A DNA stretch of 64,000 nt from Octopus vulgaris. Its lineage: Eukaryota. Positions 1 through 14,820 of the stretch are shown in pieces (the first letter of the stretch is position 1; each line of letters starts with the position of its first letter). The DNA lies in NCBI GenBank assembly GCA_951406725.2, contig OX597814.1, positions 133,858,001 through 133,922,000 on the forward strand, written 5' to 3'. A model generated the notes under the pieces. That model ran no database searches, was not told the DNA's origin, and was given only the letters and a program-made list of their open reading frames with translations. The position numbers were made by a program, and so were the translations under genes.

Positions 1-1639
1 TTTATACTTTTTTTATGGAATGTGCAAAAAGTCTTAGTCGCATACTACCATATGTGCGATTTCTTTCATCAGCAGAGAGTTGGCAAAAGCAGGTTTCATA
101 GTATTGCCGGATGTTTAAAGGGTGAAGAATGGGATTTCTCTTATAGCTGCTCTTGACGCCGAGAACCTAGTCGTCAGTGAAGAATTCGGAGTTTAAGTTC
201 AAATTCATTTAAGCGCTACTACGTGTCTTCTATCTTGATCATATGTAGCTCTCACATGTTGCTCACCACCAATCATTTAGCGTGTGTTTAGGAGAATTCA
301 CTCGGTTCCAAACATTCGATCTTGAGGTACACACCTTCCTCCCATCAGTCACAAAGACCCTACAAAGGGTGATGATCATAGTCTTCCAACCTGGCGAAAA
401 GATAAGGAAGTTTGGCTCGTGTTTTTCTGTCCAAAAACTGATTTGCTTTTTGAGTTTGTGAAACTTTAAGTAATACATATCTAGGGTCATTATATTAATG
501 CAAGTATTTACTCACCGCTGTTAATGTTCTTCTGACGCAGATTCATGTATGTATTTTATATATAATGCACATATAAACATACATGCGCACCTTCAATTTT
601 ATATATTGTACAAGCTTTTAGATATGCATTAGTGTATGTGTGTGGTAATAATGGTAGCACATCTTTATATCATTAAGTGATCAGGAAAAGGTTTGATCGT
701 AAAGCATTCACTTTCCTTTCTCTAAACATTGTTTTCATTTCTAATCTTTATTTTCGTTTATACTCCATCTCTCTTTCTCTCTTGCTCTCTTTCTATATTG
801 CTCTCTTTCTCTCTTTCTTTCTCTCTCTGTCTCTCTGTCTCTCTTGCTCTCTTTCTCTCTTTCTTTCACTCTCTCTCTCTCTTTTTCTCTTATACACATC
901 GCTCACACATAAGCACACGCATAAACAAATACACACACAAACACATACACACAAACTCGTGTGCACACACTCATATATTCATACACACATGCATATATAT
1001 GTGTGTGTGTGTATGTGTGTGTGTGTGTGTGTCTGGTGTGTGGTTCGTGTGTGCTTGTGTGTGTTTATGAGTGTGGTAGCTATAATCCCCACACTTATTT
1101 ATTTCTTGTTAACATCCTTTTGATATTAGAATTATGTTACCAACTGGAGCAGTATGATTTTAGGTTGTTTATTTAAGTTGCAAAAAATAACAGAACCCGT
1201 TAAGCTACACACACTACTCGAATACTTTGTTAGCTTAGAGGAAGCCGTTTTGAGTGTATGATGCTTATGTTGGAATTTTACATAGTTGTTCTAACAGGCC
1301 AAGATTACAGGAAAGATAAACACCAATAAGAGATTTGCTTATACCAAGTCCCTAATTTTCTTCACAAGCTTTAAACTTTTTTGTTATTTCTATTTCTACT
1401 TAACTTTCTATTTGCTTATACTTCTCATTAAACGTTTTCCTCCATTGCTCCTCTTACACATACTTTCTCTCATTCTCTTTCTCTTTCTCTCTTTCTTTCT
1501 CCCTCTCTCTCTCTCTCTTCTTCTTCTTCTTCCTTCTTCCTTTTTATGACTCTTATTTAACCTTCCTCACCTGTTCTCCATGCTTTCAGATTCGGTCCCC
1601 ACTTTTATATCTCTCATCTACCACCACCACCACCTCACA

Positions 1640-1812
1640 ATGTTACGACGAAGCATCCAAGTAGTAACTCGAGCTACTAGAATTAACCATCATATGTCCC
1701 ACAAACATACCACAAATCACATACAAGCGTTTCAAATAAAAAACAGAGGTGGTGATCACTGCTTGAATGCCTTTGGTAAGAAATCAAGGCCGACTAGGGC
1801 TTGAACAACTAA
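1640..1812 (+). mobile_element. Old dispersed repeat (family E), 3' part
   Basis: Loose by-eye similarity to 31720-31915(-), 59281-59450(+) and 17571-17670(+); the plus-strand copies end in an AACAAC-type tail. Highly diverged. Confidence 0.35.
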
Positions 1813-2031
1813 CTCCTCTACTTCTCAAGGGCATCTCACCTTAATTCTAGTACTATCTTTATTTTCTTTAGTATGTCATCGCTCTTTCTTTCTCTCCCTT
1901 GCTCTCTCTCTTTCTTTTTCTCTCCCTCCCTCCCTCTTTCTCTTTCTCTTCACTCTTTCATTTCTTCTTTTTCGTCTCTCTCTCTTTCTCTCTCCCTCTC
2001 TCTCTCCTAGTAATTTCGTATATGTGTGTAT

Positions 2032-2190
2032 GAAGGCGCTTGACCAAATACTTAATTGTTGAACTCAAAAACCTTAATATAGGTCGTCGGTTTGCTTCCT
2101 GGACTGGGAAGCGCGTTGTGTTCTTGAGCAAGGAGCTGCTCTTCACATAACTTAAATCCACTCAGCTGAAAAATGAATTCCATACTAGTG
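2032..2190 (+). mobile_element. Degraded tRNA-derived SINE (family C), 5' part
   Basis: GAAGGCGC head, then TTGTGTTCTTGAGCAAG and CCACTCAGCTGAAAAATGA, matching the family C copies at 3945 and 26721. Confidence 0.55.
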
Positions 2191-2385
2191 TAGATGCAGC
2201 TAGCTGTTACGTACCAAATTAAATGCTTTCACTTTTCTTTCTAATGTGCTCTTTCTCTTTTAACCTTTGCCCGTGTTTCTGTCTCGTTACCTATCTTTCC
2301 CTTCATCCCTCCATCCCGCCCTCTGTCTCTCTCTTTCTCCCTCCTTCCATGAAAACCTTTCCATTTCAGTGTCTACTTCTGCAGT

Positions 2386-2386
<1 letters not shown>

Positions 2387-2458
<72 letters not shown>
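2387..2458. repeat. (CT)n microsatellite
   Basis: Perfect CT run. Confidence 0.98.
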
Positions 2459-2462
<4 letters not shown>

Positions 2463-2802
2463 CTAGCTCTGCCACTCTATTTCTAATTTCATCCACGGGT
2501 ATGTGGCTATACTCGTACACCATCAAGAATGCTGGACGTCTTCAATTTTATTTTCATAGCTAGGTTGTTTTTTATGGGTTAGGGAAAAGGATTTTAATAT
2601 TTTCTTATAAATATGTTTTTCTTCATCTACATCTGTCTATCTTTCTATCTATCCATCTCTATCTTTTGTTTTCTATCTCGTTTCCTCGTTTTATTTCGTT
2701 CAACACTCCAGATTTCCGCTTCATTCCTAATTCAGCAGCCCCCTTACTCTCACTCTCCCTCTTTCTTTCTCCCCCCTCTCTCTCTATTTCTTCCTTTCTC
2801 TC

Positions 2803-2851
<49 letters not shown>

Positions 2852-3214
2852 TCTCTTCAACTGATTCTTTCTTTAGAAAGTTCACTCTGCTTCACGTTTC
2901 ACTTGTTTATGTTTCTTACAATCACAAAATCGTTGATCAACATGACACTATTGTAAACGGAAAAACATATATGTGCTTCAATGGTTTTTTATGGAAACCA
3001 TTGAAAAATTTTTTAGTAAACAAATAAACGGCTAGACACTCATACGAACAAAGATACATTTAATTCACATCTACATATACTCACAGAATGACATGCATAG
3101 ATACAGACATACAGACAGACAGGCAGACATTTAGACTGACAAACAGTAGGAAAGCCATGTGCATGCATAAGTGTGTGCATATCTGCAAAACACTAAAAGC
3201 CATTTGCCTGTAAA

Positions 3215-3254
<40 letters not shown>

Positions 3255-3944
3255 GAGCGCATGTGTACTTGTGTATAATGTGTATGGGTATTTGTGTGTA
3301 TGTGTGTCTATCTGTCTGTCTGCCTGTGTCTGTGTCTCTGTGTGTCTCTGTATCTGTGTATGCGTGCGTCTGTGTATGTCTGTGCGTGTGTGTTGGAATT
3401 CTCAGATTTTCAGTAGGAAATATTTGATGATACTTAGATGTTTTTAGTAGCCAAATGTTTTAGTGAAAGATTCTTTTTCACGAGGCAACTGGATGGGAAT
3501 GCCAACTGGAATAACAATCAGAGCAAACGGTTTACACATAATGATTGCTTGTAATAAAATGTTTATCTTGCATTTGCTGGAATCAATGGCCAATTATTTT
3601 AAGAGTGTTGGAAAATGTAAAGTCTGATATTGATGCTGTTTTCCATGTGACATTGAAACTTATTCCAATGACATGAGCTCACATGTAAATGCATGGTTAA
3701 AATGTTTGCTTCAAAATCGTGAGATTTTGTGTTCCGTCTCTATTCGAAACAATTTTAGTGTGTTGTACCATATCCTTCTTAGAAAGAAATTGTACGGATG
3801 CTCCACAAACGGACCGTGTTCTTCAAGTAAGTCAAAAGCGTCGCCTTTTCACCTCATGCTCAACGCTCAGTCTGATTAAAATTAAGTCTATAAATGTATA
3901 TGACATATTTGTGATACTCAGTCACAAAACCGGCTCTCCATCAT

Positions 3945-4255
3945 TTGCGACGACGTGGGTTCCAGTTGATACGATCGACGGAACAGCCTGTTTGTGAAGT
4001 TAACGTGCAAGTGACTGAGCATTCCACAGACACGTGCAACCTTAACGTAATTCTCAGGATGATTCAGTGTGACTCAGAATGTGACAAGGCTGGCCCATTT
4101 GAAATACAGGTACTGCTCAATTTTGATCGAGTTGAGTGAACTGGAGCAACATGAAATAAAGTGTCTTGCTCAAGGACACAATGCGCCGCCGGGAATCGAA
4201 CTCAGGACTTTACGATCGTGAGCCGAATACCTTAACCATTAAACCACGTACTTTC
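3945..4255 (-). mobile_element. tRNA-derived SINE (family C), near full length
   Basis: Minus strand: A-box-like TGGTTTAATGG, B-box GAGTTCGATTCC, then TGTGTCCTTGAGCAAGACACTT. Colinear with 26721-27030. Confidence 0.85.
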
Positions 4256-5164
4256 GTTCAGTCACAATATACTAGAAAACTACGTAATTTCATTGATTGA
4301 AAAACAAGAGCATTCACTCGCCAAAATCGAACTGAAACCCATTCATTCAATAAAAGAACATTAAACATCTATTGAAATGAGCTGAAATTTCAGATTGTGT
4401 AAATAGACATATCTCTCACTTTATGATGCATATCATTGTTTATAACGAACGTACGTGTCAGAAAATTTGGAACGAATCTATACATTTGTCAGGAAGAAAC
4501 TTAGATCATTCTATCAACTCCCAATTTATGTATTACTTATTCAATTGACACATTGTAGCAAACCGGGTAGATCGATACATACATAGGTTGGTCTTCAATT
4601 CGAAACCACCATTTCTTCATTATGGGTTTCCTTGCTCTGCCTATAAATTGTATTTATTTGTCATTTTGTACCACATGCTTCAACAACTCAATTTTCACCT
4701 TCCAGAGAAAAGACGAACTTTAGAATAATATACGTGCAGTACTCTACTTGTTGTTGTTTTCGCTATTATGTTTTGCTTTTTGCTTTTTTGCTAGTTTCTT
4801 TATTGTAACTGTAACATTGATTATTCTTTATGTTCCGGTTTTTGCTTTCGTTATTTTCTAGTTGTTTGTGTGTATATAAGTAACTGATCAACTATATAAA
4901 TGTTTTCATTCAATAATACTTACATAACGGATGAAATAAGAAACTGAAAGGGTGTAGCTCAAAAAAAAAGAGAGGCACTTTAAGTGCTTTAGATTAAATG
5001 AATCGTCCACTTATCTAAATCTAATTTATCTTGCCCTTTCCAGCACATACTTCTGAATATTCCACCAAATATCTTACAATGGATAGAAGGAAAGAAAGAC
5101 AGAAACAAACAAACAAACAAACAAACAAAGGAAGGAAGGAAGAAAGAAAGAAAAAAAGAAAGAC

Positions 5165-5168
5165 AGAC

Positions 5169-5234
<66 letters not shown>

Positions 5235-5235
5235 G

Positions 5236-5271
<36 letters not shown>

Positions 5272-5296
5272 TAGATAGACAGACAGATAGACTGAC

Positions 5297-5392
<96 letters not shown>

Positions 5393-5410
5393 TGATTGAT
5401 TGATTGATGG
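5165..5410. repeat. (GATA)n/(GACA)n/(GATT)n compound microsatellite
   Basis: Read directly. Confidence 0.98.
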
Positions 5411-5570
5411 ATTGATCGATTGATCGATCGATGGAACTGTAAAAATCTGTAAAACTTTCCAGAAGTTTATCATTTAAATATATCTATGAGCATGCCTAGA
5501 TATGCAACTATATGCATGAGAATACATACATAAAACATATAAATCTGCACATACATATATACATACATAC

Positions 5571-5671
5571 CCTGTTGTTAATGTTGTAATTTCAATGAAG
5601 GAGTTTGGGATCTAGGTTAGAAACCGGTTCTTTCTCTATTGGCAAGAAATCTTGAAATAACTTGAATAATG
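5571..5671 (+). mobile_element. Possible 3' tail of a non-LTR retroelement ending in (CATA)n
   Basis: A 100-bp complex segment between CATA runs, ending ...GAAATAACTTGAATAATGA-(CATA)n. Family not determined. Confidence 0.35.
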
Positions 5672-5858
5672 ACATACATGCATACATACATACATACATA
5701 CATACATACATACATACATACATACATACATGCATGCATGCATACATACATGCATACATACATACATACATACATACATACATACATACATACATACATA
5801 CATACATACATACATACATACATACATACATACATACATACATACATACATACATACA
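5672..5858. repeat. (CATA)n microsatellite
   Basis: Read directly. Confidence 0.98.
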
Positions 5859-8004
5859 TGGATAATCATGTTAGAAAAGTATCTTATTCTCATTAATAGT
5901 TTCGCAGTTCCTACTTCATAAGTTTATATTTCTCTTTAATAGAAAATCACATGTCAAAACCGTACGGATCTGGTACGCCATGAAGTCAGAATTTCCGAAC
6001 ATGTCAGCTCAAGGAATCGTACGATAGCCGAAAAGTAACTGGTGTATAAAAACTACTGCAATATTTCTCTGTGTAAAGAGAGCACTTAATTATTTTGAAC
6101 TATTTGCCCCGCCATCCAATCTGATTACCTGCAATGTAGCTGTGTTTTGTAAGGAGTGTGTTTTGTAAGGACAACTATCTGCAACATAGTTTGCAGACAA
6201 GTCAAGAAATCAAGTGGGCTGAATTGTCTGACACTAAGGCCTTTATTGTGAGATATAACAAAATGACTTGTAATTTCTGTATTATGGTTGAGATTTTTCA
6301 ACCGAGAACACCTAGCCACCCTGAAATCGAAGCCCCTTGGGCAAGCATATATGCAATATCATAAACATGTGCATGATCCATATATTCTCAAACTCATGAA
6401 CTTAATTTCTTAAACCAATTAAGAAGCTTGTTTACTTGAAAGCGTTCTTTTTGCGTACATAGTTTGTTGTCTGTCTTTTAGATACATTTCATTGTACATT
6501 ATTGCAAAATATTTTATGGTTAAGATAACAAGAAACCCACCAGGTTAGCTAGTTTCTTTGTTTCTTTCCGCCTCGAGGATAATATTTAAGACAAGGTGTT
6601 GAAAATATTTGAAAAACAAACAGTAATTTAAACGATCGTGTCGTCTTTCACAAAATCCGTCTTAGGTGTTAGGAGGTGATTCTTCTGGTGAAAGTGAAAA
6701 AGCTTCTAAATTTCCTTTACTTCACTCTTCTTGTGGTTGAAGACTTTCTTCCTCTCAGAGTTCAAAGACAAAAATGTTGCATCAGCAACAGCAGCAACAA
6801 CATGCCAAACGATAATATTTAAAACCTGTCAAACATCGCCACCGCAACAAAACGACAGTGACAACAAAAACAAAATCAGCCACAGCGACAATAACAGCAG
6901 CAAAGCGAAGACGGAAAAATACCAGTGAGGTTTTAATATCACCACCACAACCGCCATTACCATAGCTACTGCAGTAATTAACAATTACAGCAACAATAAT
7001 AACAGTAATGACAAGGTAAACAAAGCAGTATGTAGCAATTATGAAGGCATCATCATTACCTCAACCGCCACTACCGTATCAGCTGTAATCATCGGTAGTA
7101 GTAATAAAGAGACCACTGTCATCGCCACCTTCTCAATCGTTGATGAAAATATCGTATTAATGCCACAGTATTGTTTTTATTACATATTTCTACACGTCTA
7201 ACAAAAACATCAAACGATTGTATCTTCTCTTTAATACTGCCCTTGAACTCTGGTGGCAAATAAAAACCGTTATTAGTATTGCTGTTCTTATTATCATTAT
7301 CATCATCATCATCATTATTATTATAATCATCATTTTTATTATTACTATTGTTACTGTAACAAGGTAATGTTGTAATCGGTTTAATACTGTGTACCTAGGA
7401 AGAAAAATATGCTTGAATATTCCTTTTGATTGCATTTTATGCTGTTTCTACCTTTCCTTGTTTTATATCAACAACTTTTCTTGATGTGTCTTACTGACCC
7501 AAGCGAATAAGTTTTCTATAGTACATTTTCTCCCTCTCTCTTTTCTCTCTCTCTCTCTCTTTCCCTCTCTCTTTCTTTCTTTCCTTCTTCCTCTCTCCCA
7601 CCCTCAGATTAAGATGTAGTTTACTCTCAAATTCCCTTCAAAACCACACTGGTAATTGACAGATAAGATCATAAGATCACTTCTGCATTGTAATATTTAG
7701 GAACTTCATACTTCAAGTTCGAAAAATATTCTGTATTTTCGTTTTTCTAAATATTCTGGTCTCAGAATTTTGCAATACAAATAAATATACTTACAAACTT
7801 AAAGGTAGTTCCTAGATGTAATTCTAGCCACAATCAAAAACTCGTTTAATAAACTCAATGGAAAACGAACATGTCAACGTAAGCTTTTGCCATAACGCTA
7901 TAGTTTCCAATAATCTTATCCATAGCATCATTAATATTTCAATTTAGCCTTTCACAAAGAACTATTTGATAAGACAGCCACTTACTAGAATGTCTTAGAT
8001 ACCA

Positions 8005-8006
<2 letters not shown>

Positions 8007-8073
<67 letters not shown>
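8007..8073. repeat. (TA)n microsatellite
   Basis: Read directly. Confidence 0.98.
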
Positions 8074-8074
<1 letters not shown>

Positions 8075-8076
<2 letters not shown>

Positions 8077-8295
8077 CAGCTCTAACCAACGCCAAATACA
8101 ATCCCACAACCCGTTTTACTAATTAACAAGTCTAATACTGCCAAATTTTTCCAAGCCTTTATTGATAAAGACTTCCTCCCTAACTACAGATAAATAGATA
8201 ACGAAAATGATTTTATAGCTGCAATCTTCAATTATTGTTGCTCTACCAATAAAAAGAATATATTTTCCTCCCAAGAACTTAAACCAGGAGTTACG
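8075..8295 (+). mobile_element. Penelope-like element ORF remnant (region between RT and GIY-YIG)
   Basis: Frameshifted translation YNP..SNTAKFFQAFIDKDFLPNY..YCCSTNKKNIFSSQ resembles the PLE motif WFNPP..TNIGK.FL.LIDKHFP..SYSCMPN.K.IISSHN. Directly abuts (TA)n. Confidence 0.55.
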
Positions 8296-8803
8296 CAAAA
8301 ATATTGCATGTATCTGTTGATTATGCATTGAAATGTAGAAACCATGATATAAGTAATAGTATGACTTCTACCGAACAAACCTCAACGTAATAAAAAAAAT
8401 TGCAATATACTAATGAACGAAATAAAGTTAAAACGGTTATTAAAAAGTACCTAACTCCATCTGACAAAAGGAAATATTTTCATTTAAATTGCAGAAGATC
8501 CTTGAGAGGTCGAAATCTTACACCAGCATAATTAAATTATATGATATTTTCAGATGTGAAAGCTTCGTCTTCAGCAAAATTATGCAGTTCTGGCCTTAAC
8601 TCATTTTCTCTCAACGCTATCTGATGTTTTCAGAAAACATGACTAAATAAACCCACTAACACATTCTGCCTGTCCATATTCTCTCAATTCACCATCAAAG
8701 TGAGGTGTATATACAACAGGGACATACGTATAAGACTGTCTTCATACATTAATTCTTTTCACCAGAATGGTTTTCCCCTGAATACACTTAACTTTATCAT
8801 TTA

Positions 8804-9311
8804 CCCTAAATCCTCGAGTATAATCCGCATTTTTTTCCCAGAATTTAAAGGTCAAAACCCTTAGTGCGTACTAAAAATGAAAATTACTTTCTAAGCAATG
8901 TCCGAGTCTCTATTTGCTGTCTGGCTATGTTTATTCAGATGCATTTTGTGATGCCGTGTGTGAAAATACCTTAAGCCAAGCCTGTAAGCAATGAAGTCAT
9001 AAAAGGATCATCCATAACTTTCTGTAAGCAACATTTATTAAACGTTATTACTGTTATTACTATTATTTCTTTATTTTCTACAAACAAAATGCACAAGAAG
9101 CTACACGTTTGCATTATGTTATATATACAATAATAATAAAGGACGTTACCGTATGCATTTTTACAAACCAAGGACGTTATATAGATTTCCTTGACTCAAG
9201 TTAGAGATGGGGTATGTACTATACACAAGGTTTAGGTTTTTCAGAGGCACAGCCCCCTAAAAATCCCCTGCGTATTATACTCAAGGGCACACTATACCCG
9301 AGAATTTACAG
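8804..9311. mobile_element. Non-autonomous Tc1/mariner-superfamily (pogo/Tc2-like) MITE
   Basis: Imperfect TIRs CCCTAAATCCTCGAGTATA / TATACCCGAGAATTTACAG, flanked by TA on both sides (8802-8803 and 9312-9313), with internal GCGTA.TATAC subterminal repeats. Confidence 0.75.
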
Positions 9312-11568
9312 TATTCTTCTGCCTTCGCCCTTCCATTATAATTTGCTTTCTCGCCTTACATTCATATCATGTACATTATCTGCGTGAAATTAACCCTAAA
9401 GTTATGCCAATTATCTCCCTTCCCTTCGAGAGCATTTATTGATAGATTTGTTTTCTTACTCCAAGAAAGAAATGTTCTTTAAGTGAGTACAGAATTTGCG
9501 TATGTAATCCAGTATTTCATCACTTATACTTGTAAATTCATACCAGTCATCTTGAATTATTTCGCTTCATTTATATTATTTTCTTTCTATATATAGTGGG
9601 TTTCGTTTTGCTCTATATTTTTATTTTGTTTTAACGTATAATTAGTTCAATGTTTTGCTTTCTTTTTTTGTTGTTTAAGGGAAGAACTGGTAAAGTACAG
9701 GAAGTAGATATACATTTACGCCAAGTTTGTGGTTAATATGTTAGCCATAAACATTATAGTCATTTCCTCCGTTTAAAGTTTGAGGTTACCTTTCTCTACA
9801 TAAAATGTTAACAACCAAGCAATGCTTTAGATCTTATCTATCAAATTAATTGGGTCGGTCTGGAGACTATGATTAACCTTTTTTTATTATTTAAATGCCG
9901 ATATCTTAATCCTCGAATTGTCTTTCTTTTAATATATGTTTCCCGTATCCATTACATCTTTCTGATTTATTTGTCTACGTTTAAAGCAATATGTATCTAA
10001 AATTCACTATTTCTCTGAAATAACATTATTCTATAGTTAAGCTAGCATGTTTTATGTTTCAATTTTTTTCATCTAATAGATATAATAGTTATTGAAACTA
10101 GTATAAAATATATATATATATATAGTTCGTATTATGAAACCGATTGAACGCTGAACTTTAATATCCGTAATTTACTAAATATGAAAAAGAAAAAAATAGT
10201 GTGAAATTTGTTATGCTCTCGCATTAACCCTGTTGTGAATATTTGTGAACCAATGTAAAATTGGCAATATTTCTTCTTTATAAACCACTTAAATGAAAAT
10301 CAAGATTAAGTGCGCACGATAATAGTTATTTCCAGAAGTACAAAAAAGACTTCATTTTAATTATGATGTAATTTTATTCATGTTCCAGGACTAAAGTTTT
10401 TAAGTGTAAAGAATTATTTCCATGTTTCTAAAGTGGGTACCTAATATCTTTGGACGTGAATATACGATAAGACACATTGTAAGTCTTAAATTACCTAATA
10501 AGCGGTAGGAGGCGTTTGTTTTTATTACGTAAAATTAACATCGCAAGATGACAACTTCTTTGCAGAGAAATAAATGCAACGTAAATATATTTTGGGAATA
10601 ATTTATTATCTAATTTATTGTGTGTATCTTTAATCGATTTTCCCATGTATACATAGTAAATTTAATGTTTGCTCAACAAAAAATTAATTATTACAATTAA
10701 TTTTATCGAACAGCTATCAAACTCTTCATTGTTTTGTCTTGTTACAAAACAAAAGTAAAATAAAAAATATAGTTGTTTCCTTTTACATTATACGATAGTT
10801 TAATAGATTTACCTCAATTAACATTGTGTGTTACTAATTAAACAACAAGAGGCTTTCCTTGGAGAGCACTCATGACGATTTAAACTAATTGCAGTATTTA
10901 GCTTCCATTTCTATGTTTAGCAGTTCAAATTTCACTGGACTGCTCTAGTTTTCTAGCTTTTATTTTCAGTAAATCAACACCAGTAAATTTTAGGAATACT
11001 TTGAAGACACACTCAAATCATTTCATTCAGCCACTTCTGTATGAGAGAAAAAGAAATCGCGTTAGGAGATTTTACAAAATTAATTGCTTCTAGAAAATCA
11101 CCAGAAAGACAAAATACGTGTTTTTGTATTGTATACAAATAATAGATCACACAGTCAATCCGTTTGGATAAATGCTTGAAATACCAGTTCTTTTTTTTTC
11201 TTTAAATGACTATAGCAAAAAGAATCTCTCATTAGATTTTTACTTCAAATTACTCGAAATAATATTATATACCAGAATTCATTAATTCGATTGTTATCAA
11301 GATGTACTGTAAAAGCTTTTTTAGGCGTCACAGCTTGTTGAATATGTGCAGAGACCTGTATTTTGACCCTGGCCAAAGCAGTAAGTGTTTGGTGGTGGTT
11401 GGAGTAACTATAGTAACAGAACTTGTATCTCTGGTTTTCGTCACTGCTTACAATTTTGTTCCATTTGTTTTCAAATTTCGTATATGGATTTTGTATATCA
11501 ATTACGATAAGGTCTATCCAGTTTGGTGTGCCAATTACATTAAGGAAAGAAAGAATTCTTTGGTTGTT

Positions 11569-11925
11569 GGGACTCAGCAAATTGAGAGTACCTGGGCGTC
11601 TTTAAAACGTGGAAACAAATGCCGGTGTGAGACACACCGTTATCTTTGTGAATTTATGTGGAGAAGGAGATATGAGAAAGATCATTTATTTCATAAAATT
11701 TTAGAGTTTATTGCAAACTTACGTTAATGAATTTTTTTAAAGTAATAATTGTCTGTATTAAACAATGTTTTGAATGTTATTTCTAGCAACTCCTGTTGGT
11801 TTGTTCGTAGCTTTTAAATAATTAATTTACTCACCAATGTTTTAATGTTAACTTTGCTCGTGTATATTTTAATATTTTGACTGTTATTTCTAGCAACACC
11901 TGTTCGTTTGTTCGATGCTCCCACC
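11569..11925 (+). mobile_element. Merlin (IS1595/IS1016-like) DNA transposon, 3' fragment
   Basis: The end of ORF 11302-11727 reads [14 protein letters not shown]...[10 protein letters not shown], the C-terminal catalytic-E region of ISXO2-like transposases. It is followed by a repeated subterminal TTATTTCTAGCAAC.CCTGTT.GTTTGTTCG (about 11778 and 11884). Confidence 0.75.
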
Positions 11926-13164
11926 CCAACCCCTTGATGATGGAAGATGCAGCGAACACGCTGTTTTCTGAGTGGCTGAAAATTCTGAAAATTATCAAAC
12001 TTTGAACACCTGTAACATTTTTGCAAACTTTTTCTGGAATAAATGAATAACAAATTTGGATTCAGCTTCAAAAAATATATATCTACATGATATATTAAAA
12101 AACTGTTAAAGATAATTGTAAACAATTTTTATATTGAAACAAAGTGCATAATACGAACGCGCTAAAAGAGGAAGTGCAAAAATTCATTATGAAAAATAAT
12201 TTTCTGTATAATAGTGAATATTAATGTAATACTAATTTTATTATAAACCAAGAAATAAATGAGCTATATCTATATATAGTGGGGAAAGCTAGCAAGAAGA
12301 GGTATGAGAATATATGAATTACATAGTAAAAAGAGAATCTAATCATATGAATGGTAAAGCCATGGCTAAAATTATTATTTTTTTTAATGCACAACTAGCA
12401 AAGGTATCCACCGTAAGGCAGGAGGAGTTACCTGTCATTATCAGAACAAAGTTAGTTTGTTAGTCGAAATTCATTCAAAATGAAACTAAAGCCTGAAATT
12501 CAGCTATCGTTCTTGTCAACTTGCCGGAAATTTTTTTAAAAATCTGAATCCTGCTACTCCGAAAATCCAATCATACTATCTGAAAGCAAAAACCTTGTCA
12601 ATTTACACTAAGAAATAATAATCTAAATTCTACTACTCGTAATATTGAATTAAAGTTTAAAAGCAAACAAAAAACTTATTAAAATTTCAGAAGTTCTTAC
12701 AACTTTTGTCGTTTGTTTAATAAAAATTCCTCCTCGTATAATTATTTTGCGTTCATTTTGTGATAGACAAGAATGTGCATGTGTGCGTGTGTGAACGTGT
12801 GTGTGTGTATTTACGAAAGCATGTATGCAGTGTCGCATTTATATGTCTGAAGATGATTTCAGGCGTTATTCTCCCTTTTTTGACCTCACATATTTGAAAT
12901 CTCAACTTTTTTCTATTTAACCAAATTTCAAATTTTGTAGCTCAAAATATAGCTTCGGTGACCAATCTAAAAATTATAAACAGCATCAAATTTGGTAAAA
13001 AAAACTGAATTAGTGACAGAGCCTAGAAGTGGTCACGAGTGAGTAAATGTTGACCTTAAGAACAGAGTGTGGATGATATTTATTACAATATAGTGTATTC
13101 TATGAATATAAGGTAGATATTTGCAAGATACCTAAATACTGAATTGACTCAAACATTTTGCAAT

Positions 13165-13307
13165 ATTGGTTTCCAATTTTGGCAGAAGGCCATCAAATCC
13201 GGAGTGGGGTGCAAGTTGGAGGAATTTCAACTCAGAATGTAGAGACAGACGAAATGCCGCGAAGCTTTCACGCTGCGTGTTAACGACTCTGCCAGCTTCT
13301 CGTCTTA
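13165..13307 (-). mobile_element. SINE family B, internally deleted copy
   Basis: CTCAGAATGTAGAGACAGACGAAATGCCGC...TAACGACTCTGCCAGC matches the head of 36587-36818. Confidence 0.7.
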
Positions 13308-13902
13308 GTACTGTAATAAGAAATAATATTACGTGAAAATTGTTTTAGGTATTTTGGCGGATTTAGCTTATATAATAACGTTTTCATTTTGATTTTTTTT
13401 TTTTTGAAAAGTTTAGCACCACATCACTCGTCTTGGGTTCTTTCATATAAGCTAAACAAAAACAAAACTTTTACACAATAACAAAATGTTTAGGTTTTGA
13501 ATTTGCATTTAGGCGCTACCACTGTTTTCGGCACATGTGGCCCCAGTAGTTTTTTTATATATATAATTAGCATCATGGAATTCCTGTAGTCGCAATCTAT
13601 CAGAAAAGTTATACTTGAATATAGTTTTCTTTTGAAATAAGAGTAAGACTTGGAGTCAAAGTCGATTTCAGGTATTAATCTCCTGTTTTTTTTGTTTGTT
13701 TTTTTTTTCGCCGGTTTTTACCTCAGTACTTTTTCCTGCTGAATAGTTTTGCATATAACTAACATGGATAGATTTCTGTCGTCAAGTTCTGTACATTGTC
13801 ATATAAGCTGAAATAAAAAATATATTTATTTAAAAAAAAAAATTGGACAACGTAGTGTGTGAATGATATATATATATATATATATATATGTGTATATATA
13901 CA

Positions 13903-14035
13903 GCACGAGCTCCTTTCAGTTTCCTCCCACCAAATCTGTTCTAAAGGCTTTGGTTACCCCGAAACTATATTGGAAGAAACTTGCCCAAAGTGCCACGCTG
14001 TTTCACTGAACTCGTAACCATATGGTTGAAAAGCT
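13903..14035 (-). mobile_element. SINE family A, degraded 5' half
   Basis: CTTTCAGTTTCC...CCAAATC...GAAGAAACTTGCCCAAAGTGCCACGC is the reverse complement of the family A head and core. Confidence 0.7.
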
Positions 14036-14631
14036 GTGCTTTAAATATAAGTTTAGCGTTATATATAAATTTATCTCATTTTCAACTCTTATAACTTTTT
14101 ACATACATATATGCATGCATACATACATACATACATACATACATGCATACATACATATATACATACATACATACATACAAATATACATTACATACATACA
14201 CACGTATATACGTATGGAAGAGTGTATGTATTATGCGAAGGAATAAATGCGATTTCTTCCAGAAGAGCAGATAACAAATTAGCTGATTAAACTATTAGGA
14301 AGTACATTAATTGTTTATGCATTAGAGATCAAGATGTCAGAAGGAGAAGGCACCAGAATAGATTACATATTCCTGTCACATCTTACCTTCTTAAATGTCC
14401 ATATCACATGGATTTCTGCTGCACGTATTAGAGTTATGTTTTTAAGAAGGGACCGATGAGAAAAATAACAAGACTAATGCTGCTCAGAAAACTATTAACA
14501 GCTTTTATACAAAAACATGTTTAGGAGTAAATATGCCTTTAACTTTTTAACCAATTTCAAACTGAGGTCACGTTCCTAGTCCGGCAAATTATGTGGTACG
14601 TGTGTACGCACTCACGCAGATACACACACTA

Positions 14632-14787
<156 letters not shown>

Positions 14788-14820
14788 GTATGTACGTATA
14801 TATGTATGTATATATACATA

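Noticed and set aside
1-490. ORF 263-490(-) and adjacent complex sequence
   Set aside because: Possibly an old LINE remnant, but I found no motif I can support.
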